Source: Candidatus Sysuimicrobiota bacterium (lineage in GTDB: Bacteria; Sysuimicrobiota; Sysuimicrobiia; Sysuimicrobiales; Sysuimicrobiaceae). From it: a stretch of 64,000 nucleotides of DNA. The notes under the pieces were generated by a model that saw nothing but the letters and a program-made list of their open reading frames with translations, made no database searches and was not told the origin of the DNA. Position 1 is the first letter of the stretch; every line of letters starts with the position of its first letter. The position numbers were made by a program, and so were the translations under genes. The DNA is taken from positions 11,111 to 75,110 of the forward strand of contig PSLI01000004.1 in the NCBI GenBank assembly GCA_040289515.1, in the 5' to 3' direction. This document shows, piece after piece, positions 49,083-58,307 of this stretch.

Positions 49083-50207
49083 GTGGTGCGCGGGAGGTTG
49101 TGGTGGACGACACTGGCGTTGGCAGCGGTGCTGCTGACCGCGTGCGGCCAGCGTGCCTCCCCGGTCACGGTGCGGGTAGGGGTGGTGCTGCCCCTTACCA
49201 GCGGGGTGGCCTCGGCGGCCGGCAGCGCTCTGCGGGGCGCGCAGATGGCCGCGGACGACGTGAACGGGGAGCGCGCGGTGCGGCTCGTGCTGGTGACGCA
49301 CGACGACGGCGGCTCCCCTCAGAAGGCCATCGAGCTGTTCCAGCAGCTGAGCTCCGACGCGAGAGTGGCGGCGGTTGTGGGTGCCTTCACGGACGCGGTA
49401 GCCGTCCAGCTTTCCGCGGTGGCCGCGGCGCTCCAGACGCCCCTGGTGAGCCCCGGGGCCACGGGCCCGGTTCCGTTCTCCGGCCAGTACTTCTTCCGGA
49501 CCGCGCTGCCGTCCTCCGTGCAGGGCAAGGCGCTGGCCGAGTATGCCCTGGCGAAGGCCCTGCGACGGGCCTCGGTGGTGCAGGACCGCAACGAGTATGG
49601 GACCGCGGTGGCAGAGGGGTTCGCCCAAGCCCTGCGGGCTGGGGGCGGGGAGGTGCTCAGCCAGCACGTGTTCGCGGACGGGACGCGGGACTTCACCGAG
49701 GTGGTACGGTCCCTGCGCCGGGAGCAGCCGCAGATGGTGCTGTTTGCGGGTTACCCCGACGAGGGGGCGACTTTCCTCCGGCAGATGGCGGACTCTGGTC
49801 TGAGCGTGCCCCTGCTGGTGCCGGACTCCTTCGCCAATGAGGAGGCCGCTTCCCTTCTGTCGGGCAAAGGGGCGGTGGTGGCGTCCGTGTTCTTCGCCGA
49901 AAGTCCGTTTCCCCGGGTGCGCAGCTTCGTGCGGGAGTTCCGCACCCGCTACGGCCGGCAGCCAGATGCCTTCGCAGCCCAGGCCTACGACGCCGTACGG
50001 GTGGTGGCCCTGGCGGCCAAGCGCCTGGGTGCTTCCGTGTACCGCGCGCCGGACAGCATCGAACGTCCCACGCTCCGGGACGCCCTGGCATCCACGCGGG
50101 ATTACCCCGGGGTCACAGGCACCATCACTTTCGACCGCCTGGGCAACCCCGCCCGGGACGTGCAGCTCCTGCGGGTGGACGGGGGTAAGCTGGTGCTCCT
50201 CCCGTAG
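49083..50207 (+). CDS. LivJ-like ABC substrate-binding lipoprotein
   Basis: Lipobox LTAC, PLTSG, YFFRT, AAQAYDA, GVTGTITFD. Confidence 0.9.
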   Translation: MVRGRLWWTTLALAAVLLTACGQRASPVTVRVGVVLPLTSGVASAAGSALRGAQMAADDVNGERAVRLVLVTHDDGGSPQKAIELFQQLSSDARVAAVVGAFTDAVAVQLSAVAAALQTPLVSPGATGPVPFSGQYFFRTALPSSVQGKALAEYALAKALRRASVVQDRNEYGTAVAEGFAQALRAGGGEVLSQHVFADGTRDFTEVVRSLRREQPQMVLFAGYPDEGATFLRQMADSGLSVPLLVPDSFANEEAASLLSGKGAVVASVFFAESPFPRVRSFVREFRTRYGRQPDAFAAQAYDAVRVVALAAKRLGASVYRAPDSIERPTLRDALASTRDYPGVTGTITFDRLGNPARDVQLLRVDGGKLVLLP

Positions 50208-50215
50208 GCCCGGGT

Positions 50216-50231
50216 TGGTCCGGACGTTGCT
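50216..50231 (+). promoter_or_regulatory. Putative sigma54 (-24/-12) promoter
   Basis: TGGTCCGGACGTTGCT, exact GG-N10-GC spacing, intergenic. Confidence 0.45.
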
Positions 50232-50348
50232 CTGAAGAGTTTTCGAAAGATCTGTGGACGTTGCGGGAAGGATGCGAAGCGGCCGGAGTAGAACCGGTTA
50301 ACCCACGCGGGTCGGCTCCACGGCCGACCGAATCCACGGGCGGGAGGG

Positions 50349-51341
50349 ATGGACCTGAGGCGCTGGGCTCATTGGGTTGCAGCGGTGGTGGGGCTGGCGG
50401 TGGTGGCCTCCGGGGCGGCCACCGCGCAGCCCCGGCGGTTCGTGAACGTGGCCACGGGGGGTACCGCGGGGGTGTACTTCCCCCTGGGCAGCGCCCTCGC
50501 CAGGCTGTGGACCGAGCGCATCCCGGGCCTGCAGGCCACCGCGCAGGCCACGGGTGCCTCCGTGGCCAACGTGCGACTGCTGCAGCGGGGCGAGGTGGAG
50601 GTGGCCTTCGCGCAGAACGACATCGTGTTCTATGCCTTCCACGGTGTGGAGATGTTCAGCCGTGACCCGCAGACCCGCCTGCGGAGCATGGCCATGCTCT
50701 ACCCGGAGACGGTGCAGATCGTCACCCTGCGCCAGAAAAACATCAAATCCGTGGCGGATCTGGCTGGCAAGCGGGTGGCGGTGGGCGCACCCGGGAGCGG
50801 CACCGAGGTGAACGCGCGCCAGATCCTGCGCCTGTACGACATCGGGTATGCCCAGACGCGCCAAACTCACGGCCTACCCCGCACTGTGCAGGCAGACTTC
50901 CTCAGCTTTGCGGAGGCCGCGGACCAGCTCAAGGATGGGATCATCGACGCGGCTTTCCTGACCGCGGGGGTGCCCACCGCGGCCGTGCAGGACATCGCCG
51001 CCGCCCGGGACCTGCAGCTGGTGCCCATCCCTGAGGCCGCGGCCGCCCGTCTGCGGGAGCGCTACCCGTACTACGCGCCCGTGGTCATCCCCGCCAACAC
51101 CTACCGCGGGCAGCCGGAGCGGGTACCCACGGTGGCCGTCATGGCCATGCTGGTCACGCGGTCCGACCTGCCGGAGGATCTCGTTTACGACCTCACCCGG
51201 ACCCTTTGGGAGAACGTCACGGTGCTCCACCAGGCGCACGCCCGCGGGCGGGACATCCGGCTGCAGAGCGCGCGCACTGGCATGCCCATCCCCCTGCACG
51301 CGGGCGCCTTGCGCTACTACCGGGAGCGGGGGGTGCTCTGA
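50349..51341 (+). CDS. TAXI family TRAP solute receptor
   Basis: ATGGTAGVYFP, TGASVAN, LYPE, GAPGSGTE, PLHAGALRYY. Confidence 0.95.
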   Translation: MDLRRWAHWVAAVVGLAVVASGAATAQPRRFVNVATGGTAGVYFPLGSALARLWTERIPGLQATAQATGASVANVRLLQRGEVEVAFAQNDIVFYAFHGVEMFSRDPQTRLRSMAMLYPETVQIVTLRQKNIKSVADLAGKRVAVGAPGSGTEVNARQILRLYDIGYAQTRQTHGLPRTVQADFLSFAEAADQLKDGIIDAAFLTAGVPTAAVQDIAAARDLQLVPIPEAAAARLRERYPYYAPVVIPANTYRGQPERVPTVAVMAMLVTRSDLPEDLVYDLTRTLWENVTVLHQAHARGRDIRLQSARTGMPIPLHAGALRYYRERGVL

Positions 51342-51346
51342 GGCGG

Positions 51347-51598
51347 GTGGGGGTGAAGGGGAAGACGAGCCGTCCACCGCAGGTGGGGAGCGCTGACGGG
51401 AAGGTGCCCGTGTACCCCATCCGAACCGTGGCGCAGCTGACGGCTTTTTCACCGCCCCGTACGCGGGGCGGGCACCGGCTGTTCAGCCAGGAGGATGTGG
51501 AGCGGCTGCTGTGGATCAAGCGGATGGTGCAGGAGCGGGGACTGAGCCTGCAGGGTGTGAAGCGCCTGCTGGAAGCGGGCCCCCGCCGGCGGCGGTGA
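51347..51598 (+). pseudogene. MerR-family HTH gene with an in-frame deletion of the recognition helix
   Basis: YPIRTVAQLT is joined almost directly to PPRTRGGHRLFSQEDVERLLWIKRM..GLSLQGVK; the TLRYYE-type helix is absent. Confidence 0.7.
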
Positions 51599-52452
51599 GC
51601 GAGGTGGCGCAGCCGGGTGCTGGCACGTGGGAGGCGGAAGCCCTGGTGGCCGAGGCCGGGGAGGCTCCCGCGGTGTACCGGGGTTTATCGACCGAGTACA
51701 CGGACGTGGGCCGCCTGGTAGACTACCTGGGCGACCGGCTGTTCTCAGGGGTCGTGCGGGTGACCCTCCCGGGCCGGGAAGCGCACGTGGTGCTGTTTCG
51801 GGGCAAGCCGCAGGCCGTCCGTTATCTGGTGGAGGGGAGGACCCTGGAAGCAGAGCAGGCCGTCCGGGCTCTGCTGGCGGACAGCCGGTGGATGGACGGT
51901 GAGGTGTGGGTGCACCCCCTGCCGGAGGAGCTGTTCCCTGAGGAGTGGGAGGACCGAGAGCCCCTGGCGTGGGAGTCCGCACAGGTCGCGCGCTTGACCC
52001 AGCGGGAAGAAGACGGCCCGCAACCCGCCCCGGAAAGCGCGGCCGCGGAAGGCCCGCTGCTGGTTTTGTCGGGCCTACAGCCGCAGCCTTCCGCGAAGGG
52101 GGCCCCGCGCGAGCCGAAGCCCGAGCCCGAGGCCACGGTGGACGTGGTGGCATGGGTGCGGTTGCTGGAGGGCCTGGTGGCGCGGTTCAAGCGGTACCGG
52201 GGACCGACCGCCGCCGGCCGGCTGGAGGCCGAAGTGAACGTGGCCCTGCACGGCAGCGGGCTGAGGTTGCACCGGGGGCGCGTGGAGGGCCAGGCCCTTG
52301 ACCCCCAGGTCCTGTCGGCGGCCGTCGTGCGGGCCGTGGGGCTCCTCAAGGGAATGGCGGGGCAAGCCTTCGCGGAGCACAGCGTGAGCGGAGTCGCCCG
52401 CGAGGCAGGCATCCGCGACGAGGCCCCTCTCAAACGCCTGCTGGAGCTGTAA
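51595..52452 (+). CDS. Hypothetical protein with a PATAN/DUF4388-like N-terminal domain
   Basis: GLSTEYTDVGRLVDYL..LFSGVVRV..AHVVLFRGKP; family assignment is tentative. Confidence 0.6.
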   Translation: MSEVAQPGAGTWEAEALVAEAGEAPAVYRGLSTEYTDVGRLVDYLGDRLFSGVVRVTLPGREAHVVLFRGKPQAVRYLVEGRTLEAEQAVRALLADSRWMDGEVWVHPLPEELFPEEWEDREPLAWESAQVARLTQREEDGPQPAPESAAAEGPLLVLSGLQPQPSAKGAPREPKPEPEATVDVVAWVRLLEGLVARFKRYRGPTAAGRLEAEVNVALHGSGLRLHRGRVEGQALDPQVLSAAVVRAVGLLKGMAGQAFAEHSVSGVAREAGIRDEAPLKRLLEL

Positions 52453-52463
52453 GGAGGTCGCGG

Positions 52464-53237
52464 GTGCGACAGGTGGCATGGCTGGCGTTGTCGGTGCTGG
52501 TACTGGTCGCGGTGGCCGCGGTGGTGGTGCTGCAGCGGCCCGTCCGGGCGGCGGAAGTGCAGCGGCAGCACACCCTGGTCAGTGCGGGGCTAGTTTTGTT
52601 CCCGCTTCTGGCAGGGGGAGCGGGTTTTGCGGCCGCGCTCAGCTACCGGCCCAAGGACCGGGAGCGGGCAGTGTGGACCAGCTTGGGAGCCGCCTGCGTT
52701 CTATGGGGAACCGGACGGGCGGTGTTCTGGTACGAGCAGGCGGTGGGGCAGGCGCCCAGCTTCCCGTCCGCGGCGGAGCTGCTCACCGCGGGGTTCTTCG
52801 TGTTGGGTCTTTGGGCCGTCTATCAGGAGTACCGCGCTGTGCGGGAGCTGGTGGGGCCCGCCCAGCGGGCGGCCATAGTGGCGGTGGTGTTGGCAACCCT
52901 GGTGGCCGGCTACGCCCTGTTTTTGCGGCCGGTGGTGACCGCCGCGCCCTGGGGGCTCAAGGAGGGAACAAGCCTGGCCTTGTCCGTGGCCGGCCTCGCC
53001 ATGATTCCCTTGGCCACCGCACCGGTTCTGGCCTTCCTCGGCGGGCTGGAGGGCTACGTGTGGGGACTGATCTCCGCCTCCCTGATCTGCATCTCCGTGG
53101 CCGTGATGTGGTACAGCAACGCGGTGTTCTTTGACACCTGGTTTGCGGGCCACCGCAGCAACCTGCTGCAGATGGTCGGGTTCGCCCTGCTGGCGATGGG
53201 ATCCTTCTGGCACCGGGCGCTGATGCGGGAGGGATAG
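52464..53237 (+). CDS. Multi-pass (about 7-8 TM) membrane protein resembling a sensor domain
   Basis: ERAVW..LG...LW..G, PSFPSAAELL pattern resembling membrane modules of kinases and diguanylate cyclases. Confidence 0.7.
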   Translation: MRQVAWLALSVLVLVAVAAVVVLQRPVRAAEVQRQHTLVSAGLVLFPLLAGGAGFAAALSYRPKDRERAVWTSLGAACVLWGTGRAVFWYEQAVGQAPSFPSAAELLTAGFFVLGLWAVYQEYRAVRELVGPAQRAAIVAVVLATLVAGYALFLRPVVTAAPWGLKEGTSLALSVAGLAMIPLATAPVLAFLGGLEGYVWGLISASLICISVAVMWYSNAVFFDTWFAGHRSNLLQMVGFALLAMGSFWHRALMREG

Positions 53238-54167
53238 GTGCTCTACCGGCTGCCTGCGGGAGACGTTCGGGAGGAGTGGAGCGCGATTTCCGGGGAACAG
53301 CTGCGTATCCTCGTGGAAGGGCTGCGCGGCCAGGACTTCTGCGGGTACGTGGAGCTGCGCTGGCCCGACTGTGAGGGCGCCTTGATTCTGTCCGGGGAGG
53401 GGCAGGTGTTCGCCGTCTTTCAGGCGGACGCGGTGGACCTGCGGGGGCCCGAGGCCCTCCGTCACATCACCAGCCGCATGGCCCGCGTGCAGCCTCGGGC
53501 GCGGGTGGTCGCCCTGCCGTACACCCTGGGCCCCCTCCTGGGAGCGCTGAGCGAGCTGCAGCCGCTGCATATGGGGTTGCACACCCGTTTCGTGGACCTG
53601 GAGCGGTTGAGTGCCCGCCTGGTGAGGGATGGGCTGTCGGGGCTGATGGTGCTGGAGGGGGATGGTTGGTGGGGGTTTTTGCCCTTCGGGGAAGAGGGGA
53701 ACGGCGCGGTGTACTACGACGGGCGCACGGTGATGGGGGAGGACCGCACCAAGCTCATCGAGAGCCTGGTGGGGTTGGGTGCCCAGGTCGAGGTGTGGGT
53801 CAGGTCCTCCCCGGCAGCACAACCCGTGGAGTTCGAGTGCCCGGCGGAGGTGCAGGAGCACTCCGCGCCCGCCCCGGCGCCGACGCCAGTGGAGCCGGGA
53901 TGGCAAGCGTACAGGGGTTCGGAGACGTTCGTGGCGATCCCAGCCCTGGTTGAGCCTCCGGGCCCCGGCGGAGCCCTGCAGGAGCTCCGGGATCGGTTCG
54001 GGGAGCTGGGCGTGGAACTGGCCCGTCGGCTGGACGGGACCCGCACGCTGGAGGAGGTTCAGACCGAACTCGGCCGATCCTGCGCCGAGTTGGAACCGAT
54101 CTTGCTCTACCTCCAACAGCGGAAGTGGATGGCCCGTTACTTCCGCCGACGGGGGTCGCATCGGTGA
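53238..54167 (+). CDS. Hypothetical protein with two PATAN-like repeats and a C-terminal winged helix
   Basis: LRGQDFCGYVEL and FVDLERL..DGLSGLMVL repeats; LDGTRTLEEV...LQQRKW. Confidence 0.65.
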   Translation: MLYRLPAGDVREEWSAISGEQLRILVEGLRGQDFCGYVELRWPDCEGALILSGEGQVFAVFQADAVDLRGPEALRHITSRMARVQPRARVVALPYTLGPLLGALSELQPLHMGLHTRFVDLERLSARLVRDGLSGLMVLEGDGWWGFLPFGEEGNGAVYYDGRTVMGEDRTKLIESLVGLGAQVEVWVRSSPAAQPVEFECPAEVQEHSAPAPAPTPVEPGWQAYRGSETFVAIPALVEPPGPGGALQELRDRFGELGVELARRLDGTRTLEEVQTELGRSCAELEPILLYLQQRKWMARYFRRRGSHR

Positions 54168-54922
54168 GGAGGCGTGCGAGTGCAGAGCTACCCGACGAGA
54201 GCGCGGCCGTGGCCTTGTTCCGGCAGTACCGCGCCACGGGCGACCCCGTGCTGCACGCCCGCATCTGCGCCGCCTACGCTCCTCTGGTGCACCGCATCGC
54301 GCGCGCCTACCGGTCCAGCGGCGAGCCCCTGGAGGATCTCCTGCAGGCGGGCTACGTGGGCCTGCTGCTGGCCGTGAGCCGCTTCGACCCGGACCGCGGG
54401 GTGAAGTTCCAGACCTACGCCTCGCACCTCATCGTGGGGGAGATCCGACACTACCTGCGGGACCAGGCGGCGGTGATCCGCCGGCCGCGGTGGCTCGGAA
54501 AGCTCAGCCGGCAGCTGGAGACCACGGTGGAGCGCCTGCAGCGCGCGGCGGGACGCCTGCCCACCGTGGAGGAGATCGCGCAGGCCATGAACATGGCCCC
54601 GGAGGGTGTCCGGGTCATCCTGCAGGCGCGGGCGGCGGCAAACCCCCTCTCTTTAGACGGTACGCAGGAGGGGGTTCGGCACATTCGGCACCTCCGCTAT
54701 GACAGCTTCCAGCTACCCGTGGAGGACCGCATCGCGGTCCAGCAGGCCATGGAGCGGCTGACGGAGTTTCAGCGGAAGGTCCTGTACTTGCTCTTCTACC
54801 AGGACCTGACGGAGACCGAAGCTGCCCGGCGGCTGCGGATCTCCCAGAAGCACGTGTCACGGGTGATGCACAAGGCGTTGCGGCAGATGGCACAGGTCCT
54901 GCGGGGTGCTGTGTGGTCGTAG
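54164..54922 (+). CDS. SigB/SigF/SigG-family alternative sigma factor
   Basis: EDLLQAGYVGLL.AV.RFDPDRG..F.TYA, GEIRHYLRD, PTVEEIA, ISQKHVSR. Confidence 0.93.
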   Translation: MRRRASAELPDESAAVALFRQYRATGDPVLHARICAAYAPLVHRIARAYRSSGEPLEDLLQAGYVGLLLAVSRFDPDRGVKFQTYASHLIVGEIRHYLRDQAAVIRRPRWLGKLSRQLETTVERLQRAAGRLPTVEEIAQAMNMAPEGVRVILQARAAANPLSLDGTQEGVRHIRHLRYDSFQLPVEDRIAVQQAMERLTEFQRKVLYLLFYQDLTETEAARRLRISQKHVSRVMHKALRQMAQVLRGAVWS

Positions 54923-54955
54923 CCGCCACACCAGACCGAGGGGGAGGAAGCCAAC

Positions 54956-55309
54956 ATGTCGGACCTGCGGAAGATCCTGGGCGAGCTGACCCAGCTGGAC
55001 GGCGTGAGCGCGGCCCTGGTGGTGGGCCGGGACGGCTTCGTGATCGAGGGCGCGGCCACGGAAGACGTGGACCTGGAGGCCCTGGCGGCGGTCACCGCCA
55101 GCAGCCTTGCAGCCTCCGACGCCCTGTCCGTGGATCTGGGCCGCGGCAGGCTGTTCGGCCTCATGCTGGAATACGAGGGCGGGCCTCTGGTGGTGTCGCC
55201 CGTGGGGCCGGAAGCCATGCTGGTCATCGTGGGCAACGGTACCGCCAACCTGGGCCGCATCCGACTGGAGCTGAAGAAGCGGCAGCAGGCCGTGGCCGAC
55301 GCCCTGTAG
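54956..55309 (+). CDS. Roadblock/LC7 (MglB-like) protein
   Basis: GVSAALVVGRDGFVI, ANLGRIRLEL. Confidence 0.9.
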   Translation: MSDLRKILGELTQLDGVSAALVVGRDGFVIEGAATEDVDLEALAAVTASSLAASDALSVDLGRGRLFGLMLEYEGGPLVVSPVGPEAMLVIVGNGTANLGRIRLELKKRQQAVADAL

Positions 55310-55323
55310 GCGGGGAGGTCACA

Positions 55324-56046
55324 TTGCACCGCACAGCCTGGCGCGTGGACCTGCCGGGCCTGGCCCCCTACGGGGCCACCTGGCAGCTTCAGCGGGAGCT
55401 CGTGGCGTACCGCCAGCAGGGTCGGACACCCGATGTGCTGCTCCTGGTGGAGCACGCGCCCGTCATCACCTGCGGCCGCGCCACCCGCCCCGAGCACCTC
55501 CGTACGCCCCGCGAGGCCCTCCAGCGGATGGGGTTCGAGGTGCACGACGTGGAGCGGGGCGGCAGCGTGACCTACCACGGCCCCGGCCAGCTGGTGGGCT
55601 ACCCCATCGTGGACCTGCGGGCCTACGGGGAGAACGTGGTGGGGTACGTGCGCCTCCTGGAGGAGTCCGTCATCCGCACCTTGCGGGCTTTCGGGGTGGT
55701 TGGGTCCCGCCGGCCGGGTTTTCCGGGCGTGTGGGTTGGCGGGGAGAAGGTAGCAGCCGTGGGGGTGGCCGTCAAGCGCCGGGTCACCCTGCACGGGTTC
55801 GCCCTCAACGTGAACACCGAGCTGGCTGCCTTCCGGGTGATCAACCCCTGCGGCATCGACTATACCCCCACCTCCCTCCAGCGGATCCTGGGCCGGACCG
55901 TGCCCCTGGACGAGGTCCGCGAGGCCTACGCGGCCGCCTTCGAGGAAGTCTTCGGCCTGCGGCTGGTGCGGGTCGCGCTGGACCAGCTGCCCGCTGTCGG
56001 CATGGGAGCGCCTCCAGCACCTGCCAGCCCCGCGCGCCCCGCGTGA
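55324..56046 (+). CDS. lipB: Lipoyl(octanoyl) transferase LipB
   Basis: EHAPVIT, RGGSVTYHGPGQLVGYP, KVAAVG, HGFALNV, INPCG. Confidence 0.95.
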   Translation: MHRTAWRVDLPGLAPYGATWQLQRELVAYRQQGRTPDVLLLVEHAPVITCGRATRPEHLRTPREALQRMGFEVHDVERGGSVTYHGPGQLVGYPIVDLRAYGENVVGYVRLLEESVIRTLRAFGVVGSRRPGFPGVWVGGEKVAAVGVAVKRRVTLHGFALNVNTELAAFRVINPCGIDYTPTSLQRILGRTVPLDEVREAYAAAFEEVFGLRLVRVALDQLPAVGMGAPPAPASPARPA

Positions 56047-56052
56047 TAGACT
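56044..56052 (+). promoter_or_regulatory. Extended -10 promoter upstream of the sulfur-carrier operon
   Basis: TGATAGACT. Confidence 0.4.
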
Positions 56053-56112
56053 GCTGCGTAGGCGGCGGGTCTGGCAGGCTCGCGGCCGGATGCCACGAGG
56101 AGGTGCGAACCG

Positions 56113-56409
56113 ATGCCCACCGTATACCTGCCCGCGCCCCTGCGGCGGCTCACCGGGGGCGTGTCCCGAGTCCACGTGCCGCCCGGAACCGTGGCGGACG
56201 TACTAAGCGCCCTGGACGAACACTTCCCGGGCATACGGGCGCAACTGTGCGACGAGAACGGTTCCGTGCGGGCCTTCATCAACGTGTTCGTGAACGGCTC
56301 GGAGATCCGGACCCTGCAGGGCCAGCAGACCCCTGTGGGCGAGGAGGACGAGGTGTCCATCGTCCCCGCCATGGCGGGTGGGGGTCCCCGGAGGTGGCTT
56401 TGTCGCTAG
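56113..56409 (+). CDS. CysO/MoaD-like ubiquitin-fold sulfur carrier with a C-terminal extension
   Basis: LPAPLRRLTGG, FINVFVNG..IR.LQG, IVPAMAGG followed by GPRRWLCR. Confidence 0.9.
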   Translation: MPTVYLPAPLRRLTGGVSRVHVPPGTVADVLSALDEHFPGIRAQLCDENGSVRAFINVFVNGSEIRTLQGQQTPVGEEDEVSIVPAMAGGGPRRWLCR

Positions 56410-56466
56410 TTCCCCGTCCGGCCGGCCCCCATCGGTAGGTATCCAGCAGGCCCCCGGAGGGCATGC

Positions 56467-57315
56467 GTGAGTCCGGGTGCGCCGCACCCCTCCCCCGCGG
56501 GCCCGATGGCGCTGCCGGAGCTGCGGTTCTTCCCCACCCCGCAGGTGCTGCCGCACGAGGAGCACGACCCCCAACGGGTGGAACGGTTGGTGCGCCGGCT
56601 GGAGGAGGAGGGGGTACTGCGGAACCCTCCCGTGGTCGCGGAGCTGGGGGACGGACGGGTGGTGGTCTTGGACGGTGCCAACCGGGTGGCGGCCCTGGCC
56701 CGCATGGGAGCACCGCACCTACCGGTGCAGGTCGTCCCCTACCAGGATCCCTCCGTGGTCCTGGACCGGTGGCACCACCTGCTGGTAACAGTACCGGAGG
56801 GGTTTCCGCGAACGCAGGCGGAGGGCCTGGGCCTTCAGCCCAGCGACCCTGAGGTGGCGTCCCGGCGCCTGGCGTCCGGCGACTTGGTGGCATACGTGCG
56901 GGTGGGCGACAGCGCGTACGGCTTGCCCCGGGCGTCCACCTTGGTGGAGGATGCAGAGCGCCTGCGGCAATTGGTACATGCCTACCGGGGCCGGCACCCC
57001 TACCACCGGGTGGACTGTGAGGACCTGGAGGAACTGGCCGCCCGGTACGGGTCGCCCCGGGCCCTGGTGGCGTTCGGGCGGTTTCAGAAGGCGGAGATCC
57101 TGGAGCTGGCTCGCAACGCAGCCAAGCTGCCCGCAGGGGTCACACGCCACGTGGTGCCCGGCCGCGTCCTGCGGCTCAACCTGCCCCTGCTGGTGGCGTT
57201 CCGGCCCGGGTCCCCGGAGGAGAAGGACGCGTGGCTGGCCACGTGGGTGCAGCAGCGGCTGCGGGACGGGCGCGTGCGCTACTACCCGGAGCCCACCATC
57301 CTGTTCGACGAGTGA
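56467..57315 (+). CDS. SbnI/SerK-like free L-serine kinase (ParB/Srx fold)
   Basis: PHEEHDPQR, NPPVV, VLDGANR, PVQ, WHH, LPAGVTRH..PGR.L.LNLPL, RYYPE; collinear with recalled S. aureus SbnI motifs. Confidence 0.8.
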   Translation: MSPGAPHPSPAGPMALPELRFFPTPQVLPHEEHDPQRVERLVRRLEEEGVLRNPPVVAELGDGRVVVLDGANRVAALARMGAPHLPVQVVPYQDPSVVLDRWHHLLVTVPEGFPRTQAEGLGLQPSDPEVASRRLASGDLVAYVRVGDSAYGLPRASTLVEDAERLRQLVHAYRGRHPYHRVDCEDLEELAARYGSPRALVAFGRFQKAEILELARNAAKLPAGVTRHVVPGRVLRLNLPLLVAFRPGSPEEKDAWLATWVQQRLRDGRVRYYPEPTILFDE

Positions 57316-57338
57316 ACCGGCGAAGGAGCGTGCGGAGC

Positions 57339-58277
57339 GTGGCGTACCGATTCGAGACCAAGACGCCCCGGATCGGCGAGGATGTGCTGCAGCGTATCGG
57401 CAACACGCCCCTGCTGCGCCTGCGGCGGGTGACCCGGGGCTTGCCGGAGGGTGTGGAGGTGTACGTGAAGGCGGAGTGGTTCAACCCCGGGGGGTCCGTG
57501 AAGGACCGGCCCGTGCTGCGCATGATCGAGGACGCGGAACGCGCGGGCCTGGTGACCCCGGACAAGGTGCTGCTGGACTCCACCTCCGGGAATGCGGGCA
57601 TCGCGTACGCCATGATCGGTGCGGTGAAGGGGTACCGGGTGAAGCTGGTGATGCCCGCCAACGCCAGCGAGGAGCGCAAGCGCATGATCCGCGCGTACGG
57701 GGCGGAGCTGGTGTTTAGCGACCCCCTGGAGGGGTCCGACGGTGCCATCCTGCTAGCCCGCCGGATCCAGGAGGAGGACCCCGACCGCTACTACAAGCCC
57801 GACCAGTACAACAACCCGTCGAACTGGAAGGCCCACTACGACACCACCGGGCCGGAGATTTTGGCGCAGACAGACGGCCGCGTCACCCACTTCGTGGGGA
57901 CCCTGGGGACCACGGGGACGGTGGTGGGCGTGGGGCGCCGGCTGCGGGAGGCCAGCCCGGAGGTGGAGATCGTAGCCGTGGAGCCCGACAGCCCCCTGCA
58001 CGGCATCGAGGGGCTGAAGCACATCGCCAGCTCCATCCGGCCGGGGATTTACGACCCCTCCGTCCACCACCGGACGATGGGCGTAAGCACCGAGGTGGCC
58101 TACGCGATGGCGCGGAGGCTGGCACGGGAGGAGGGCCTGTTCGTGGGGGCGTCCACGGGTGCGGCGGTGTGGGCGGCGCTGCAGGTGGCCCGAGACTTGC
58201 GGGAGGGGTTGGTAGTGGCCCTGGGTCCGGACGGGGGGGACCGCTACCTGAGCACCGCCCTGTGGCGGGACGCGTAG
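57339..58277 (+). CDS. cysM: PLP-dependent cysteine synthase (CysM-like)
   Basis: IGNTPL, FNPGGSVKDR, STSGNAG, QYNN, GTTGT, RYLST. Confidence 0.9.
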   Translation: MAYRFETKTPRIGEDVLQRIGNTPLLRLRRVTRGLPEGVEVYVKAEWFNPGGSVKDRPVLRMIEDAERAGLVTPDKVLLDSTSGNAGIAYAMIGAVKGYRVKLVMPANASEERKRMIRAYGAELVFSDPLEGSDGAILLARRIQEEDPDRYYKPDQYNNPSNWKAHYDTTGPEILAQTDGRVTHFVGTLGTTGTVVGVGRRLREASPEVEIVAVEPDSPLHGIEGLKHIASSIRPGIYDPSVHHRTMGVSTEVAYAMARRLAREEGLFVGASTGAAVWAALQVARDLREGLVVALGPDGGDRYLSTALWRDA

Positions 58278-58307
58278 GCCCCTGGCGTGTGGTATGTTGC
58301 TAAAGGG

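Noticed and set aside
56467-57315. Chromosome-partitioning ParB or a siderophore cluster
   Set aside because: No HTH or ParA and no other sbn genes; the C-terminal motifs and context fit a serine kinase
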